Shown piece after piece: positions 28,982 through 39,934 of a DNA stretch of 58,601 nt (its first letter is position 1; each line of letters starts with the position of its first letter). The DNA lies in contig CAJWTC010000003.1 of the NCBI GenBank assembly GCA_913046795.1, forward strand, positions 1 to 58,601. Reading direction: 5' to 3'. Made by a program: the position numbers and the translations under genes. Source of the DNA: an uncultured Flammeovirgaceae bacterium. Its GTDB lineage: Bacteria > Bacteroidota > Bacteroidia > Cytophagales > MED-G16. The notes beneath the pieces were generated by a model. It saw nothing but the letters and a program-made list of their open reading frames with translations. It did no database searches and was not told the DNA's origin.

Positions 28982-30005
28982 TGAACATTATTTTTTGAAA
29001 ACCTCCAGGTGGGTTTAGTCCGAGATGTTCATAACAAGTTTTTGTTGCAACTCTTCCTTTTTGTGTTCTCTTAATATACCCCTCTTGAACCAGATAAGGT
29101 TCATATACTTCTTCGATAGTATTTGCTTCCTCTCCACATGCTGTCGCAATTGTTTTTATACCTACGGGTCCACCATTGAATTTTTTAATTATAGCTTCAA
29201 TTATTTTATTATCCATTTCATCTAAGCCCTTTTTGTCAATTTTAAGAGCATCTAGACTTCTCATAGTAATATGTTTTGTTATTTTACCATCACCCTCTAC
29301 TTCAGCAAAATCTCTTACTCTTCTTAGTAAATTATTTAATATTCTTGGGGTGCCTCTACTTCGGGAAGCAATTTCGGTAGATGCAAGACTTTCTATTGGT
29401 ATTTTTAGAATTTCTGCTGAACGATTTACTATTCTTGTTAATATTTTTTTATCATAATATTCTAATCTAAAATTTATTGAAAACCTTGATCTAAGAGGAG
29501 CAGATAAGAGCCCAGATCTAGTTGTTGCTCCAATCAATGTGAAAGGGTTTAATTTAATTTGTACTGATCTAGCACTTGGACCTGAATCTATCATCAAATC
29601 AATCTTATAGTCTTCCATTGCAGAATATAAATATTCTTCAATCACTTTGTTAAGCCTATGTATCTCATCAATAAACAAAACATCTCCCTCTTCGAGATTT
29701 GTAAGTAGACCAGCTAAATCTCCAGCTTTTTCTAGGACTGGTCCAGAAGTTACTTTAAGACTACTAGATAATTCATTAGAAATAATATGTGAAAGAGTTG
29801 TCTTCCCTAGTCCTGGTGGGCCGTGAAGCAGAACATGGTCAAGAGGTTCTGACCTTTTCTTTGCTGCTTTTACAAAAACTTTAATGTTATTTATTATTTG
29901 ATCTTGACCAAAAAAATCATTGAATGATTTAGGTCTAAGAATATTTTCAAATTCTTTATCTTTAGAACTTGAGTTATTATCAGATTTTAAATAGTCTTCT
30001 CTCAT
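28974..30005 (-). CDS. ruvB: Holliday junction branch migration helicase RuvB
   Basis: LRP..F..FFGQ, GPPGLGKTT, FIDEIHR and SRGTPR motifs. Confidence 0.98.
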   Translation of the reverse strand: MREDYLKSDNNSSSKDKEFENILRPKSFNDFFGQDQIINNIKVFVKAAKKRSEPLDHVLLHGPPGLGKTTLSHIISNELSSSLKVTSGPVLEKAGDLAGLLTNLEEGDVLFIDEIHRLNKVIEEYLYSAMEDYKIDLMIDSGPSARSVQIKLNPFTLIGATTRSGLLSAPLRSRFSINFRLEYYDKKILTRIVNRSAEILKIPIESLASTEIASRSRGTPRILNNLLRRVRDFAEVEGDGKITKHITMRSLDALKIDKKGLDEMDNKIIEAIIKKFNGGPVGIKTIATACGEEANTIEEVYEPYLVQEGYIKRTQKGRVATKTCYEHLGLNPPGGFQKIMFNE

Positions 30006-30032
30006 ACAGTAGTTGCTAATTTAATTATTTTT

Positions 30033-31055
30033 ATGCGTCGTATATTAATCTCTTTAATTTTTGTTTCCAGCATTTTTGTTTTCTTCTTAACAAGAAAAAA
30101 TAGTATTGAGTATGAAATATCTGGACAAACCATGGGTACTATTCAGTATAATGTTAAATATATATCTGAAGAAAAAAGAATATCTAAATCAGATTTAGAT
30201 TCCATACTCATAAATTTTAATAATATATTTTCAACTTATATTCCAAATTCAGAAATATCAATAGTTAATGAATCTGAAGGTAGAATAAAAGTTAGCAAAG
30301 AGTTCGGGAAGTTGATTACTGAGAGCAATATCATATATAAGCTTACAGATGGAATGTTTGATCCCACAGTAGGACCTCTGGTTAATGATTGGGGTTTTGG
30401 ACCAGGGAATTTTGAAAAGCTTCCTTCTAAACAAAGGATACAAGAGCTTTTACAATATGTTGGATTTGATAAAATAAGTTATGAAGATGGTCACCTTCAT
30501 AAAAAGTTCAAAAAATCCTATATTGATTTTAGTTCTATAGCTAAAGGTTATGCTGTTGATCTAATTCATGACTATCTAAAATCTAAAAATATAGAAAATA
30601 CTTATATTGAAATAGGAGGAGAGGTAAGGGTAAGTGGTGTAAATAAAGATGGTAATAATTGGGTTTTAGGAATATTAGAACCCAGCTTTGATAAAAAAAT
30701 TAATTTATCAGCTACAGTTTCTTTAGCAAATATGGCCCTTGCAACGTCTGGAAATTATATGAATAATTATTATGTTGATGATAGTTTGTTTTTTCATACT
30801 ATAAACCCAAAAACTGGTCTGCCAGCTTATACAAATATGTTAAGTGCATCTGTTTTTTCTTCAAATTGTTTATCTGCTGACGCCTACGCTACAGCATTTA
30901 TGGCTATGAATTTTATTGAATCAAAAAGTATTTTAGATTCCTCTAGTGATCTTTTAGGTTATATTATTTACAAGGAGAAGGGAGAGGTAAAAACCTATAT
31001 TTCTGATGAATTGAAACCCTATATTAGAATTGTTGAAAAAACTAACTCAAATTAA
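30033..31055 (+). CDS. apbE: FAD:protein FMN transferase
   Basis: TMGT, FDPTVGPL, IAKGYAVD, EIGGE, ATSGNY and ADAYATA motifs. Confidence 0.95.
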   Translation: MRRILISLIFVSSIFVFFLTRKNSIEYEISGQTMGTIQYNVKYISEEKRISKSDLDSILINFNNIFSTYIPNSEISIVNESEGRIKVSKEFGKLITESNIIYKLTDGMFDPTVGPLVNDWGFGPGNFEKLPSKQRIQELLQYVGFDKISYEDGHLHKKFKKSYIDFSSIAKGYAVDLIHDYLKSKNIENTYIEIGGEVRVSGVNKDGNNWVLGILEPSFDKKINLSATVSLANMALATSGNYMNNYYVDDSLFFHTINPKTGLPAYTNMLSASVFSSNCLSADAYATAFMAMNFIESKSILDSSSDLLGYIIYKEKGEVKTYISDELKPYIRIVEKTNSN

Positions 31056-31070
31056 TTTCTTTTCCTTTAT

Positions 31071-32042
31071 TTAAAGAATTTTAATTCTTGTCAAGAACAT
31101 ATCAGATGTCATATACAGGTATTCAAATTTATTATCAAACGCACAGTTTGCAGTTCTTACTTCGGTTCTAATTGTGCCAATATGTTCACCATTTTCTTTG
31201 ATTACTAAAACACCTCCTGGCCCTGTTGCAAAAATATTTCCAGTAGGATGAACTTTTAGCCCGTCAAATAATCCCACATCTTTTTTTGCTAATTCTTTTC
31301 CATCAAAAAATACTTTAGGATTTTTAACACCATTTTCAGTCAAGTCATATCTCATAATTATAGGATTGTTATTATCAGAATTTGCAACATATAGAGTTTT
31401 TTCGTCATTTGAAATACTTATTCCATTAGGTCTAGTCAGATTTTTTATGAGAACTTCTACATTCCCATCAGGAGACAGTTTGTAGACACCGTTGAATGGA
31501 ATTTCCTTTAATTTATCATCATCACCTTCTAGAAGTCCGTATGGAGGATCGGTAAAAAAAAGATTTCCCTCCGAATCATAAACTAAATCATTGGGGCTAT
31601 TAAAAAGATTGTCCTTGAAATTACCAACAAGAGTACTCATCTTATTAATATTTAAATCTTCCATGATAGCAATTTTTCTATCACCATGCATACAAATTAT
31701 GAGATTCCCATCTGAGTCTATTGTCAGGCCGTTGGTTCCTGCTTTTTTAAGGTTTGGCACCTCTCCGCTGTAACCTATTGGTTTTGTAAAAACATTTAGA
31801 CCTTTATCCTCATTCCAGGTATATATTACGTTTTCAGGAACGTCTGAAAATAAAACAGAGTTGAGTTCGGTAGACCATATCGGCCCTTCTGACCACTCAA
31901 ATCCTTCAGCAATAATTTCTATCTTTGAATTTTTATCTATTAAATTGTTAATTTCAGGAGATAATCTCTCTACAGACCCTATATACTTTTCTTGACTTAT
32001 TGAGGTCAGATTTAATAAAAGTATTATAAATTTTAATATCAT
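31071..32042 (-). CDS. SMP-30/gluconolactonase family protein, secreted
   Basis: WSEGPIW, NSPNDL, FTDPPYG, PNGI, DGLKV and TGPGG motifs. Confidence 0.92.
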   Translation of the reverse strand: MILKFIILLLNLTSISQEKYIGSVERLSPEINNLIDKNSKIEIIAEGFEWSEGPIWSTELNSVLFSDVPENVIYTWNEDKGLNVFTKPIGYSGEVPNLKKAGTNGLTIDSDGNLIICMHGDRKIAIMEDLNINKMSTLVGNFKDNLFNSPNDLVYDSEGNLFFTDPPYGLLEGDDDKLKEIPFNGVYKLSPDGNVEVLIKNLTRPNGISISNDEKTLYVANSDNNNPIIMRYDLTENGVKNPKVFFDGKELAKKDVGLFDGLKVHPTGNIFATGPGGVLVIKENGEHIGTIRTEVRTANCAFDNKFEYLYMTSDMFLTRIKIL

Positions 32043-32070
32043 TAATTAAGATATTAGGTAGAAAATTTTT

Positions 32071-34425
32071 CTAACTTCCGCACATCTCACAATCATCTTG
32101 ATTGTCAATAGAACATTGCATAGCAGCTTCCTTTTCTTCTTTAGTTTGAGATTTTTCATCCTTAACTATAGTAAACTTAATTGCATCAGCGGCAGCTTTT
32201 GTTCTCAAATAGTAAAGCCCAGTCTTAAGGCCTTTCTTCCATGCATGGAAATGCATTGATGTTAACTTACCGAAGTTAGCATCTTGCATATGAATATTCA
32301 TGCTCTGGCTTTGACATATATAAGCACCTCTGTCAGCGGCCATATCAATAATACTTTTTTGTGATACTTCCCATACGGTACGATAAAGCAGTTTAATGTC
32401 GTCAGGAATTTCTTTTATTCCTTGTACTGAACCATTGGCCTCCATTAGTTTGTCTTTCATAGACTCGTTCCAGAGTTTCAGTTTAATTAAATCTTTAAGT
32501 AAGTGTTTATTTACAACAATGAACTCACCAGACAAAACTCTTCGGGTATAGATATTAGATGTATATGGCTCAAAACACTCATTATTACCAAGAATTTGAG
32601 ATGTAGATGCAGTTGGCATAGGTGCTAGTAATAGTGAGTTTCTAACTCCATTTTTCTTTACCTCTCTTTTTAATTTAGTCCAATCCCATCTTTTTGATGT
32701 TGGAGCAACTCCCCACATATCAAATTGGAATATACCCTTAGATACTGGTGACCCTTCATAAGTTTTATATGGACCTTCCTCTTTTGCAATCTCCATAGAA
32801 GCTTCCATCGCACCAAAGTAAATAGTTTCAAAAATTTCTTCGTTTAATTTTTTTGCTTCTGGCGAATCAAAAGCATTTCTCATAAGAATAAAAGTATCTG
32901 CAAGTCCTTGAACACCAATTCCAATTGGCCTGTGTCTCATATTCGAGTTTCTGGCTTCTTCAACTGGGTAGTAATTTACATCAATAACTTTATTAAGATT
33001 TCTTGTTATAACTTTTGTGATTTCATACAGCTTTTGATGATCATATGTTAAATCATCCTTAACAAATTTATTTAAAGCTATGGATGCTAAATTACAAACA
33101 GCAATTTCATCAGGAGATGTATATTCTACAATCTCGGTACAAAGGTTTGATGATTTTATGGTACCCAGGTTCTTCTGATTGGATTTAATATTACAGGCAT
33201 CTTTATACAATATGTATGGGTTGCCTGTTTCAATTTGGGACTCCAATATCTCGAACCATAAGTCTTGAGCTTTTACTGTCTTTCTTGCCTTACCTTCTTT
33301 CTCATACTTGTCATATAGTTTTTCAAACTCTTCACCGTATGTCTCATGTAGATCTTTAGCTTCATCAGGGGAGAATAAAGACCAATCACTATTCGATTCA
33401 ACTCTTTTCATAAAGAGGTCAGGAATCCACATGGCATAAAATAGATCTCTAGCCCTTAGTTCTTCTTTACCATGATTCTTTTTTAGTTGAAGGAACTCAA
33501 AAATATCGGAATGCCAAGGTTCTAGATATATAGCAAAGCTTCCTTTCCTCTTACCACCTCCTTGATCAACGTACCTTGCAGTCATATCAAAATTTCTGAG
33601 CATAGGAATAATTCCATTAGAAACACCATTAGTACCTTTAATGTATGATCCTGTAGCCCTGACATTATGGATGCTTAACCCTATACCTCCTGCGGACTGT
33701 GAGATTTTTGCGCATTGTTTTAAGGTATCATAAATTCCGTCGATACTGTCATCCTTCATAGTCAAAAGAAAACAAGAAGAAAGTTGTGGCTTAGGAGTAC
33801 CAGCATTAAACAATGTTGGAGTAGCATGTGTAAACCATTTTTCTGATAAGAGGCTATATGTTTCAAGAACTTTGTCCATATTATCCATATGAATACCAAT
33901 AGCAACTCTCATCAACATATGTTGTGGCCTCTCAACTACTTTACCATCAAGTCTTAACAGATATGATTTCTCTAATGTTTTGAAGCCAAAGTAGTCATAA
34001 CTAAAATCTCTATCATATATAATAGATGAATCTAGAAGTGCAGCATTTTTATTGATTACACCATAGACTTCTTTTGACAACAGAGATGCATTTTCACCAG
34101 TTTTTGGGCTAACATATGTGTATAGTCTCTTCATAGTTGAAGAAAAAGATTTGCTAGTTGTTTTATGTAGATTTGAAACCGCTATTCTTGCCGCAAGTGT
34201 TGCAAAATCAGGATGTTTAGTTGTAAGAGTTGCTGCAGTTTCAGATGCAAGTTCGTCAAGTTCTTGAGTTGAAACACCATCATAAAGACCATCTATTACT
34301 TTTTTTGCAATTTCAATTGTTTTGACAAATTCAGTGTTGAGTCCGTAACTTAATTTTTCAATCCTTGCAGTTATCTTATCGAACTTTACAGATTCTTTTC
34401 GGCCATCTCTTTTTATTACTAACAT
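32071..34425 (-). CDS. nrdA: Class Ia ribonucleotide reductase alpha subunit with ATP cone
   Basis: VIKRDG ATP cone, [22 protein letters not shown] and C-terminal CEMC. Confidence 0.98.
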   Translation of the reverse strand: MLVIKRDGRKESVKFDKITARIEKLSYGLNTEFVKTIEIAKKVIDGLYDGVSTQELDELASETAATLTTKHPDFATLAARIAVSNLHKTTSKSFSSTMKRLYTYVSPKTGENASLLSKEVYGVINKNAALLDSSIIYDRDFSYDYFGFKTLEKSYLLRLDGKVVERPQHMLMRVAIGIHMDNMDKVLETYSLLSEKWFTHATPTLFNAGTPKPQLSSCFLLTMKDDSIDGIYDTLKQCAKISQSAGGIGLSIHNVRATGSYIKGTNGVSNGIIPMLRNFDMTARYVDQGGGKRKGSFAIYLEPWHSDIFEFLQLKKNHGKEELRARDLFYAMWIPDLFMKRVESNSDWSLFSPDEAKDLHETYGEEFEKLYDKYEKEGKARKTVKAQDLWFEILESQIETGNPYILYKDACNIKSNQKNLGTIKSSNLCTEIVEYTSPDEIAVCNLASIALNKFVKDDLTYDHQKLYEITKVITRNLNKVIDVNYYPVEEARNSNMRHRPIGIGVQGLADTFILMRNAFDSPEAKKLNEEIFETIYFGAMEASMEIAKEEGPYKTYEGSPVSKGIFQFDMWGVAPTSKRWDWTKLKREVKKNGVRNSLLLAPMPTASTSQILGNNECFEPYTSNIYTRRVLSGEFIVVNKHLLKDLIKLKLWNESMKDKLMEANGSVQGIKEIPDDIKLLYRTVWEVSQKSIIDMAADRGAYICQSQSMNIHMQDANFGKLTSMHFHAWKKGLKTGLYYLRTKAAADAIKFTIVKDEKSQTKEEKEAAMQCSIDNQDDCEMCGS

Positions 34426-34436
34426 ATACTATAAAT

Positions 34437-35429
34437 TTAAAAGTCTTCTTCTAATGAAAATTTTGGTGTATCAGCTTCTTCATCTTTTTTAAGGACTCCA
34501 GCCTTTTGGTATTCTGCAACTCTCTTCTCAAAGAAATTTGTTTTTCCCTGGAGAGAAATCATATCCATAAAGTCAAAAGGATTAGATGAGTTATATGCTC
34601 TAGGGCAACCTAGCTCTACTAAAAGTCTGTCAGCAACAAACTCTATGTACTGACACATTAAATCAGAATTCATACCAATAAGCTTTACAGGTAAAGCATC
34701 AGTCACAAACTCTTTCTCTAAGTTAACGGCATCTTTAATAATTTCTACTACAGTTTCTTTTGGAAGAGTATTAATTAAATGTTTTGTATATATATGACAA
34801 GCAAAGTCACAGTGAAGACCCTCATCTCTTGAAATAAGCTCATTAGAAAAAGTCAATCCTGGCATTAGGCCTCTTTTCTTAAGCCAAAAAATTGAACAAA
34901 AACTACCAGAAAAGAATATACCCTCTACCGCCGCAAAAGCTATAAGCCTTTCTGCAAAAGTTCCATTATCTATCCATCTTAAAGCCCAATCTGCTTTTTT
35001 CTTTACACAATCAAGAGTTTCAATTGCATGTAATAGAGTGTCTTTCTCTTTTGAATCATCAACATAAGTATCTATTAGAAGAGAGTATGTTTCAGAGTGT
35101 ATATTTTCTATTGCTATTTGAAAACCGTAGAAAAACTTTGCTTCTGTATACTGAACATCTGAAACAAAGTGTTCAGCTAAGTTCTCATTAACAATCCCAT
35201 CACTTGCTGCAAAAAAAGCAAGAACATGTTTTATAAAGTGCCTCTCACCATCATTTAAATTTTCCCAGTCTTTTAAATCTTGACTTAAATCAATTTCTTC
35301 TGCTGTCCAAAAACTTGCTTCAGCTTTTTTATAAAATTGCCATATATCATCATGTTCTATTGGAAATAAAACAAATCTGTCTGCATTATCTTGTAGGATT
35401 GGTTCTGGTTTTAAATTAGCATTTGACAT
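34437..35429 (-). CDS. nrdB: Class Ia ribonucleotide reductase beta subunit
   Basis: [29 protein letters not shown] and RDEGLH motifs. Confidence 0.98.
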   Translation of the reverse strand: MSNANLKPEPILQDNADRFVLFPIEHDDIWQFYKKAEASFWTAEEIDLSQDLKDWENLNDGERHFIKHVLAFFAASDGIVNENLAEHFVSDVQYTEAKFFYGFQIAIENIHSETYSLLIDTYVDDSKEKDTLLHAIETLDCVKKKADWALRWIDNGTFAERLIAFAAVEGIFFSGSFCSIFWLKKRGLMPGLTFSNELISRDEGLHCDFACHIYTKHLINTLPKETVVEIIKDAVNLEKEFVTDALPVKLIGMNSDLMCQYIEFVADRLLVELGCPRAYNSSNPFDFMDMISLQGKTNFFEKRVAEYQKAGVLKKDEEADTPKFSLEEDF

Positions 35430-35460
35430 TATATATTATAATTTGTAACGTTTAACATTC

Positions 35461-35602
35461 AAAAAATGACAAAAAATCCCCGAGTCATTATATTAGAAAT
35501 CAATAACATAATGACTAAAAAATTTAGTCAATAAGTGGTTTATAATCTGTTGTGTTTGGAAGCTGTGATCGTGAGTTTCTTATAAAAAAAGTTCTCTCGA
35601 TC
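35461..35602 (-). promoter_or_regulatory. Putative structured 5' leader or operator array of nrdBA
   Basis: Several overlapping inverted repeats built on (A)TGAC(T)/(A)GTCA(T), plus an upstream GATCG..CGATC hairpin. Function is inferred only. Confidence 0.5.
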
Positions 35603-35664
35603 TAGGCATTACAAATATTATAAAAAGACTTTAAAATATCAAAACTTATTTACAACGTTTTTTA

Positions 35665-35683
35665 GTTTTTTTTTTTTTTTTTT
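35665..35683 (+). repeat. Poly-T homopolymer (about T19)
   Basis: Read directly, in the divergent nrdB/rplU intergenic region. Confidence 0.9.
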
Positions 35684-35701
35684 CTAAATTGATTTTTTTG
35701 A

Positions 35702-35732
35702 TTTGAATAATTAATATAAAATCATAAATTTG
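35702..35732 (+). promoter_or_regulatory. Bacteroidota housekeeping promoter for rplU-rpmA
   Basis: TTTG (35702-35705), 19-nt spacer, TAAATTTG (35725-35732). Confidence 0.78.
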
Positions 35733-35752
35733 CACACGTTAAAAAAAAAGGT

Positions 35753-36061
35753 ATGTACGCGATAGTTGATATTTCAGGTAAACAGTTTAAGGTAGAAAAA
35801 AATAAGTTTATCTACACAGATAAAATTGTACCTAAGTCAGGAAAAAAAGTTGAATTCAATAATGTGTTATTCATATCCGACAAAGGAAAAGCTAAAATTG
35901 GTAAGCCGATGGTTAAGGGATCAAAGGTTACGGGCGAGGTATTAGATCAGATTAAAGATGATAAAGTTATTGTCTTCAAGAAAAAAAGGAGAAAGGGATA
36001 TAAAGTTAAGAATGGACATAGACAAGAACTAACTAAAATTTTAATAAAGGAAATAAAGTAA
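35753..36061 (+). CDS. rplU: 50S ribosomal protein bL21
   Basis: MYAIV..GKQFKV and FKKKRRKGY...GHRQ. Confidence 0.98.
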   Translation: MYAIVDISGKQFKVEKNKFIYTDKIVPKSGKKVEFNNVLFISDKGKAKIGKPMVKGSKVTGEVLDQIKDDKVIVFKKKRRKGYKVKNGHRQELTKILIKEIK

Positions 36062-36065
36062 TATT

Positions 36066-36323
36066 ATGGCACACAAAAAAGGAGCTGGAAGTTCAAAAAA
36101 CGGAAGAGAGTCACATAGTAAAAGGCTCGGGATAAAAATTTTTGGTGGACAAAAAATTATAGCAGGAAATATAATAGTTAGGCAAAGAGGAACAAAGCAT
36201 CATCCTGGAGAAAATGTAGGAATAGGTAAAGATCATACATTGTTTGCTCTAACTGATGGCGTAGTAGAATTTAAGAAAGGAAGGAATAATAGGTCTTTTG
36301 TGTCAGTGGCTCAGGCTAACTAA
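36066..36323 (+). CDS. rpmA: 50S ribosomal protein bL27
   Basis: [16 protein letters not shown] and IIVRQRGT. Confidence 0.98.
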   Translation: MAHKKGAGSSKNGRESHSKRLGIKIFGGQKIIAGNIIVRQRGTKHHPGENVGIGKDHTLFALTDGVVEFKKGRNNRSFVSVAQAN

Positions 36324-37288
36324 TTAATTCTTACCATCATCTCATTAAAGTATTCACTTAATATTACTTTATAATCACTTTCACTTTTAATCTCTTCTAG
36401 TTCATTCAGGGCAGTTTTGAAATAATCTCCGATTGTTTTTTTTGCTAAAATATTAATCCCATACTTTATCATCAACTCACTTATTAATTTAATCTTTTCT
36501 TTATCATTATTTGAGTTTTTCAACCCTTCTATTATTTTAATATCTTTCTCGTCGGACTTTTTCAAAAGATTAATCATCAGATACGTTTTCTTATTAGCTA
36601 TTATATCTCCTCCAATTTTTTTACCAAAACCTGGGCTACCAAAGACATCAAGGTAATCATCCATTAGCTGAAAACCTATACCCAACATCTCCCCAATACT
36701 ATATAATTTATTTGTGGTATTTTTATCTACATCAGCTACCATTCCTCCAAGCTCTAAACTGAACCCAATAAGGACTGCAGTTTTTAATTTAATCATTTCA
36801 AGATACTCTTCTTCTGAAATAAGAGCCTTCTCCTCATAATCCATATCAAATTGTTGTCCCTCACAAACCATTATAGATATCTCATTAAATCTTTTTAATA
36901 TTTTTCCATAAATTTTTGCTTCTAATCCTTCTAAAAGACTGTAGGCATATATCATAAGGATATCTCCAGATAATATACCTATGTTTTTATTCCATTTTTT
37001 ATGAACAGTTTTTTTTCCTCTCCTTAAATCTGCGTTGTCCATTATATCATCATGAATTAAAGTGAAATTATGAAAAAGTTCTAAAGAAATTGAGGGTATA
37101 AGAATATTATCTAAATCATTTTTAAACAATTTATAAGATAAAATTGATAGTGTTGGCCTTACTCTTTTGCTCTTTAGAGAGAGAATATATTTAATTGGTT
37201 TATAAAGATTTTCTGGTTTCTTATAAAAATTTATTTTATCAATTTCCTTATTTAAAATTTCTTGATATTTAAGTATTTTCTTTTTCAT
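36320..37288 (-). CDS. Polyprenyl synthetase (trans-prenyltransferase)
   Basis: [25 protein letters not shown] and FQLMDDYLD motifs. Confidence 0.95.
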   Translation of the reverse strand: MKKKILKYQEILNKEIDKINFYKKPENLYKPIKYILSLKSKRVRPTLSILSYKLFKNDLDNILIPSISLELFHNFTLIHDDIMDNADLRRGKKTVHKKWNKNIGILSGDILMIYAYSLLEGLEAKIYGKILKRFNEISIMVCEGQQFDMDYEEKALISEEEYLEMIKLKTAVLIGFSLELGGMVADVDKNTTNKLYSIGEMLGIGFQLMDDYLDVFGSPGFGKKIGGDIIANKKTYLMINLLKKSDEKDIKIIEGLKNSNNDKEKIKLISELMIKYGINILAKKTIGDYFKTALNELEEIKSESDYKVILSEYFNEMMVRIN

Positions 37289-39225
37289 ATTAAATCAAGG
37301 TCGATTGTTCTTTTCTCTATATTTGTTCCTGCAACAGCTACTTTTATTGGCTGCCCTAAACCAAATGATTTTTTAAATTTTCTTCCAACTATAATGACCT
37401 TTTCATTATTGAAATCATATTTATCATCTGTAAGTGAAGAAATCTTAACTAAACCCTCGCATTTTGTTTTAACAATTTCAACATAAATACCCCATTCGGT
37501 TATCCCAGAAATTACTCCCTCAAATTCCTGTCCAATAAAGTTTGCCATGTATTCAGCCTGTTTATACTTAATCGACTCCCTTTCAGCTTTAGTAGCATTT
37601 ATTTCCATTTTCGAACAGTGCTTACAAAGAATATCATAATAGAGTTTATCTTTGGGTTTACTGCCATTAATATAATATTGAAGAAGCCTATGTACCATAA
37701 CATCAGGAAATCTTCTAATTGGAGAAGTAAAGTGGGAATAGTTTTTGAAAGCTAACCCAAAGTGCTTTTCTTTTTCAGTTGAATACCTTGCTTTAGACAT
37801 TGACCGAATAGCAAATTTTTCTATCGAATTTTCTTCTGGTTTACCCTTTATCTCTTTCATTAAGTTGTTTATAGATGAAGAAAGATTTTGTTCATTTACA
37901 TTAATTGTGTAACCAAATTGTTTAATATATTTCTGGAGTTCTATCAATTTAACTTTGTCTGGATCTTCATGAATCCTATAAACGAAAGTGAATTTTTTAT
38001 TATACTTTTTTTCATATTCATTTATCTGTTCAGCAACAATTTTATTTGCTAGTAGCATAAACTCTTCAACTAACTTATGTGTATCTTTTCTCTCTTTCTT
38101 TACAATTTCTATTGGCTTTTTTTGTTCATCTAATTGAAATTTAACTTCATTCGATTTAAAATTAAAAGATCCGTTTTCAAAACGCTCTTGCCTTAAATGT
38201 TTTGCTATTTTATTTAATCTAATTAACTCTTTAGAAAATAAACCTTCACCCTTATCAATTACATTTTGAGCATTTTCGTATGTAAACCTTTTTTTTGAAT
38301 GGATTACTGTTTTACCTACCCACTTATCAATTATTTTAAAGTCTTTATTTATTTTAATAATTACAGAAAATGTTAATCTATCAATATCGGGTTTTAATGA
38401 ACAAAGGTCGTTTGATAGTTTTTCAGGAAGCATTGGAATAGTTCTATCAACAAGATATACAGAGGTAGCTCTCTTTTCAGCTTCTTTATTTAACAAACTT
38501 TTATTATTAAAGAAGTGAGATACATCGGCTATATGAATACCTACTTCATAAATCTCTTTATTTATTTTTACAGATAGGGCGTCATCAAAATCTTTAGCGT
38601 CCTCAGGGTCAATTGTAAAGGTTATATCTTTTCTTAAATCTAGTCTTCTTTCAAATTCCTTCTCTGATATTTTTGAATTTAATTTTTCAGCTTCTTTATT
38701 TACTTCAATAGGAAATTTAATAGGTAAATTAAAATCATGCATAATTGTGTGTATTTCTGCCTCATTACTTCCAATATCTCCAATGCATCTAATAACTTTT
38801 GCAAACGGTTTTTTGCCTCCTGTCCAACTGGTTATCTTAGCTAGATATTTTTTTTTACTACTATACTTTTCAGAATTTCTTTTTTTAATAAAAAAGTCAG
38901 AATATATCTTCCTGTGATTTGGAATAAAGAATGCGAAATCCTTATTATCTTCAATTATTCCTGAAAATTCTGATAATTTTCTTTTAACTACTTTCGTGAT
39001 TTTGCCCTCAATTTTTGAAGAGTAATTATTTAATATATGTAGCTCCACTAAATCTTCATGAATTGCGCCATTCATATTTTGAGATTTGACTTTGATGTCT
39101 TCGGTCATTCCCTCTACTGATATAAAACAAAATCTTTGTTTCACATGATCAACTACACCAGTTAGCTTAACTAACTCTTTTCTTTTCTTTTTATTTTTTT
39201 TCAATTCATAAAATTTTAAAATCAA
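37285..39225 (-). CDS. rnr: Ribonuclease R
   Basis: TIDPEDAKDFDDA, VEEFMLLAN, HFTSPIRR and a C-terminal S1 domain. The start may instead be the in-frame TTG at 39204. Confidence 0.93.
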   Translation of the reverse strand: MILKFYELKKNKKKRKELVKLTGVVDHVKQRFCFISVEGMTEDIKVKSQNMNGAIHEDLVELHILNNYSSKIEGKITKVVKRKLSEFSGIIEDNKDFAFFIPNHRKIYSDFFIKKRNSEKYSSKKKYLAKITSWTGGKKPFAKVIRCIGDIGSNEAEIHTIMHDFNLPIKFPIEVNKEAEKLNSKISEKEFERRLDLRKDITFTIDPEDAKDFDDALSVKINKEIYEVGIHIADVSHFFNNKSLLNKEAEKRATSVYLVDRTIPMLPEKLSNDLCSLKPDIDRLTFSVIIKINKDFKIIDKWVGKTVIHSKKRFTYENAQNVIDKGEGLFSKELIRLNKIAKHLRQERFENGSFNFKSNEVKFQLDEQKKPIEIVKKERKDTHKLVEEFMLLANKIVAEQINEYEKKYNKKFTFVYRIHEDPDKVKLIELQKYIKQFGYTINVNEQNLSSSINNLMKEIKGKPEENSIEKFAIRSMSKARYSTEKEKHFGLAFKNYSHFTSPIRRFPDVMVHRLLQYYINGSKPKDKLYYDILCKHCSKMEINATKAERESIKYKQAEYMANFIGQEFEGVISGITEWGIYVEIVKTKCEGLVKISSLTDDKYDFNNEKVIIVGRKFKKSFGLGQPIKVAVAGTNIEKRTIDLDLI

Positions 39226-39913
39226 AAACCTTAGAAAGGTTTACAATTACTTTATTTTCAACTTCTTCTAATGAAACTTTTTTATTTAGTTCTTTTTCTA
39301 GAGAAGTCACATCTTTATTTTCAATTCCACATGGAATGATATTTTTAAAATATTTTAGTTCTGGACAAATATTAAATGCTAACCCGTGCATTGTAACCCA
39401 TCTACTTGTTTTAACACCTAGAGCACAAATTTTTTTTGGGTTATTTTTTTTATGATTTATCCAAACACCTGTTAAACCTTCTACTCTTCCAGATTCTATA
39501 TTATATTCTTTCAAAGTTAGTATAATTGATTCTTCTAAGTACCTAAGGTATTTATGAATGTCTGTAAAGAAATTTTCTAGGTCAATAATTGGATATATAA
39601 CAAGTTGACCTGGCCCATGGTATGTTATATCACCTCCTCTATTTATTTTATAATATTCTAAATTTCTTCTTTCAATCTCCTTATCATCAATTAATAAATT
39701 CTTTTCGTTTCCGCTTTTACCTAGTGTATAAACGTGGGGATGTGAGCACGTTAAAATATAGTTTTTTGTCTTTTTCTGATTTTTTGTCTTTCTATTATAA
39801 ATTTTTGTATCTATAATGCTATTGAATTTCTCCTCTTGTCTCTCCCAAGCATTTTTAAACTTAATCCTTCCTAGTTTTAAAACTTCTACTTCCTTACTTA
39901 TTACCGAATTCAA
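39206..39913 (-). CDS. lipB: Octanoyltransferase
   Basis: HPHVYTLG, RGGDITYHGPGQ, KICALG, HGLAFN and PCGI motifs. Confidence 0.96.
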   Translation of the reverse strand: MNSVISKEVEVLKLGRIKFKNAWERQEEKFNSIIDTKIYNRKTKNQKKTKNYILTCSHPHVYTLGKSGNEKNLLIDDKEIERRNLEYYKINRGGDITYHGPGQLVIYPIIDLENFFTDIHKYLRYLEESIILTLKEYNIESGRVEGLTGVWINHKKNNPKKICALGVKTSRWVTMHGLAFNICPELKYFKNIIPCGIENKDVTSLEKELNKKVSLEEVENKVIVNLSKVFDFKIL

Positions 39914-39934
39914 ACCTTCAAAGTTTCTTTATAT

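Noticed and set aside
32071-35429. nrdB-before-nrdA order and eukaryote-like RNR sequences as evidence of transfer or phage origin
   Set aside because: This subclass and order are common in aerobic Bacteroidota, and no intron or intein was seen.
35580-35609. Nine-residue ORF MPRSRELFL as an attenuator leader peptide
   Set aside because: No informative codon run, ends about 50 nt before segment 1, and may start at or before the transcription start.
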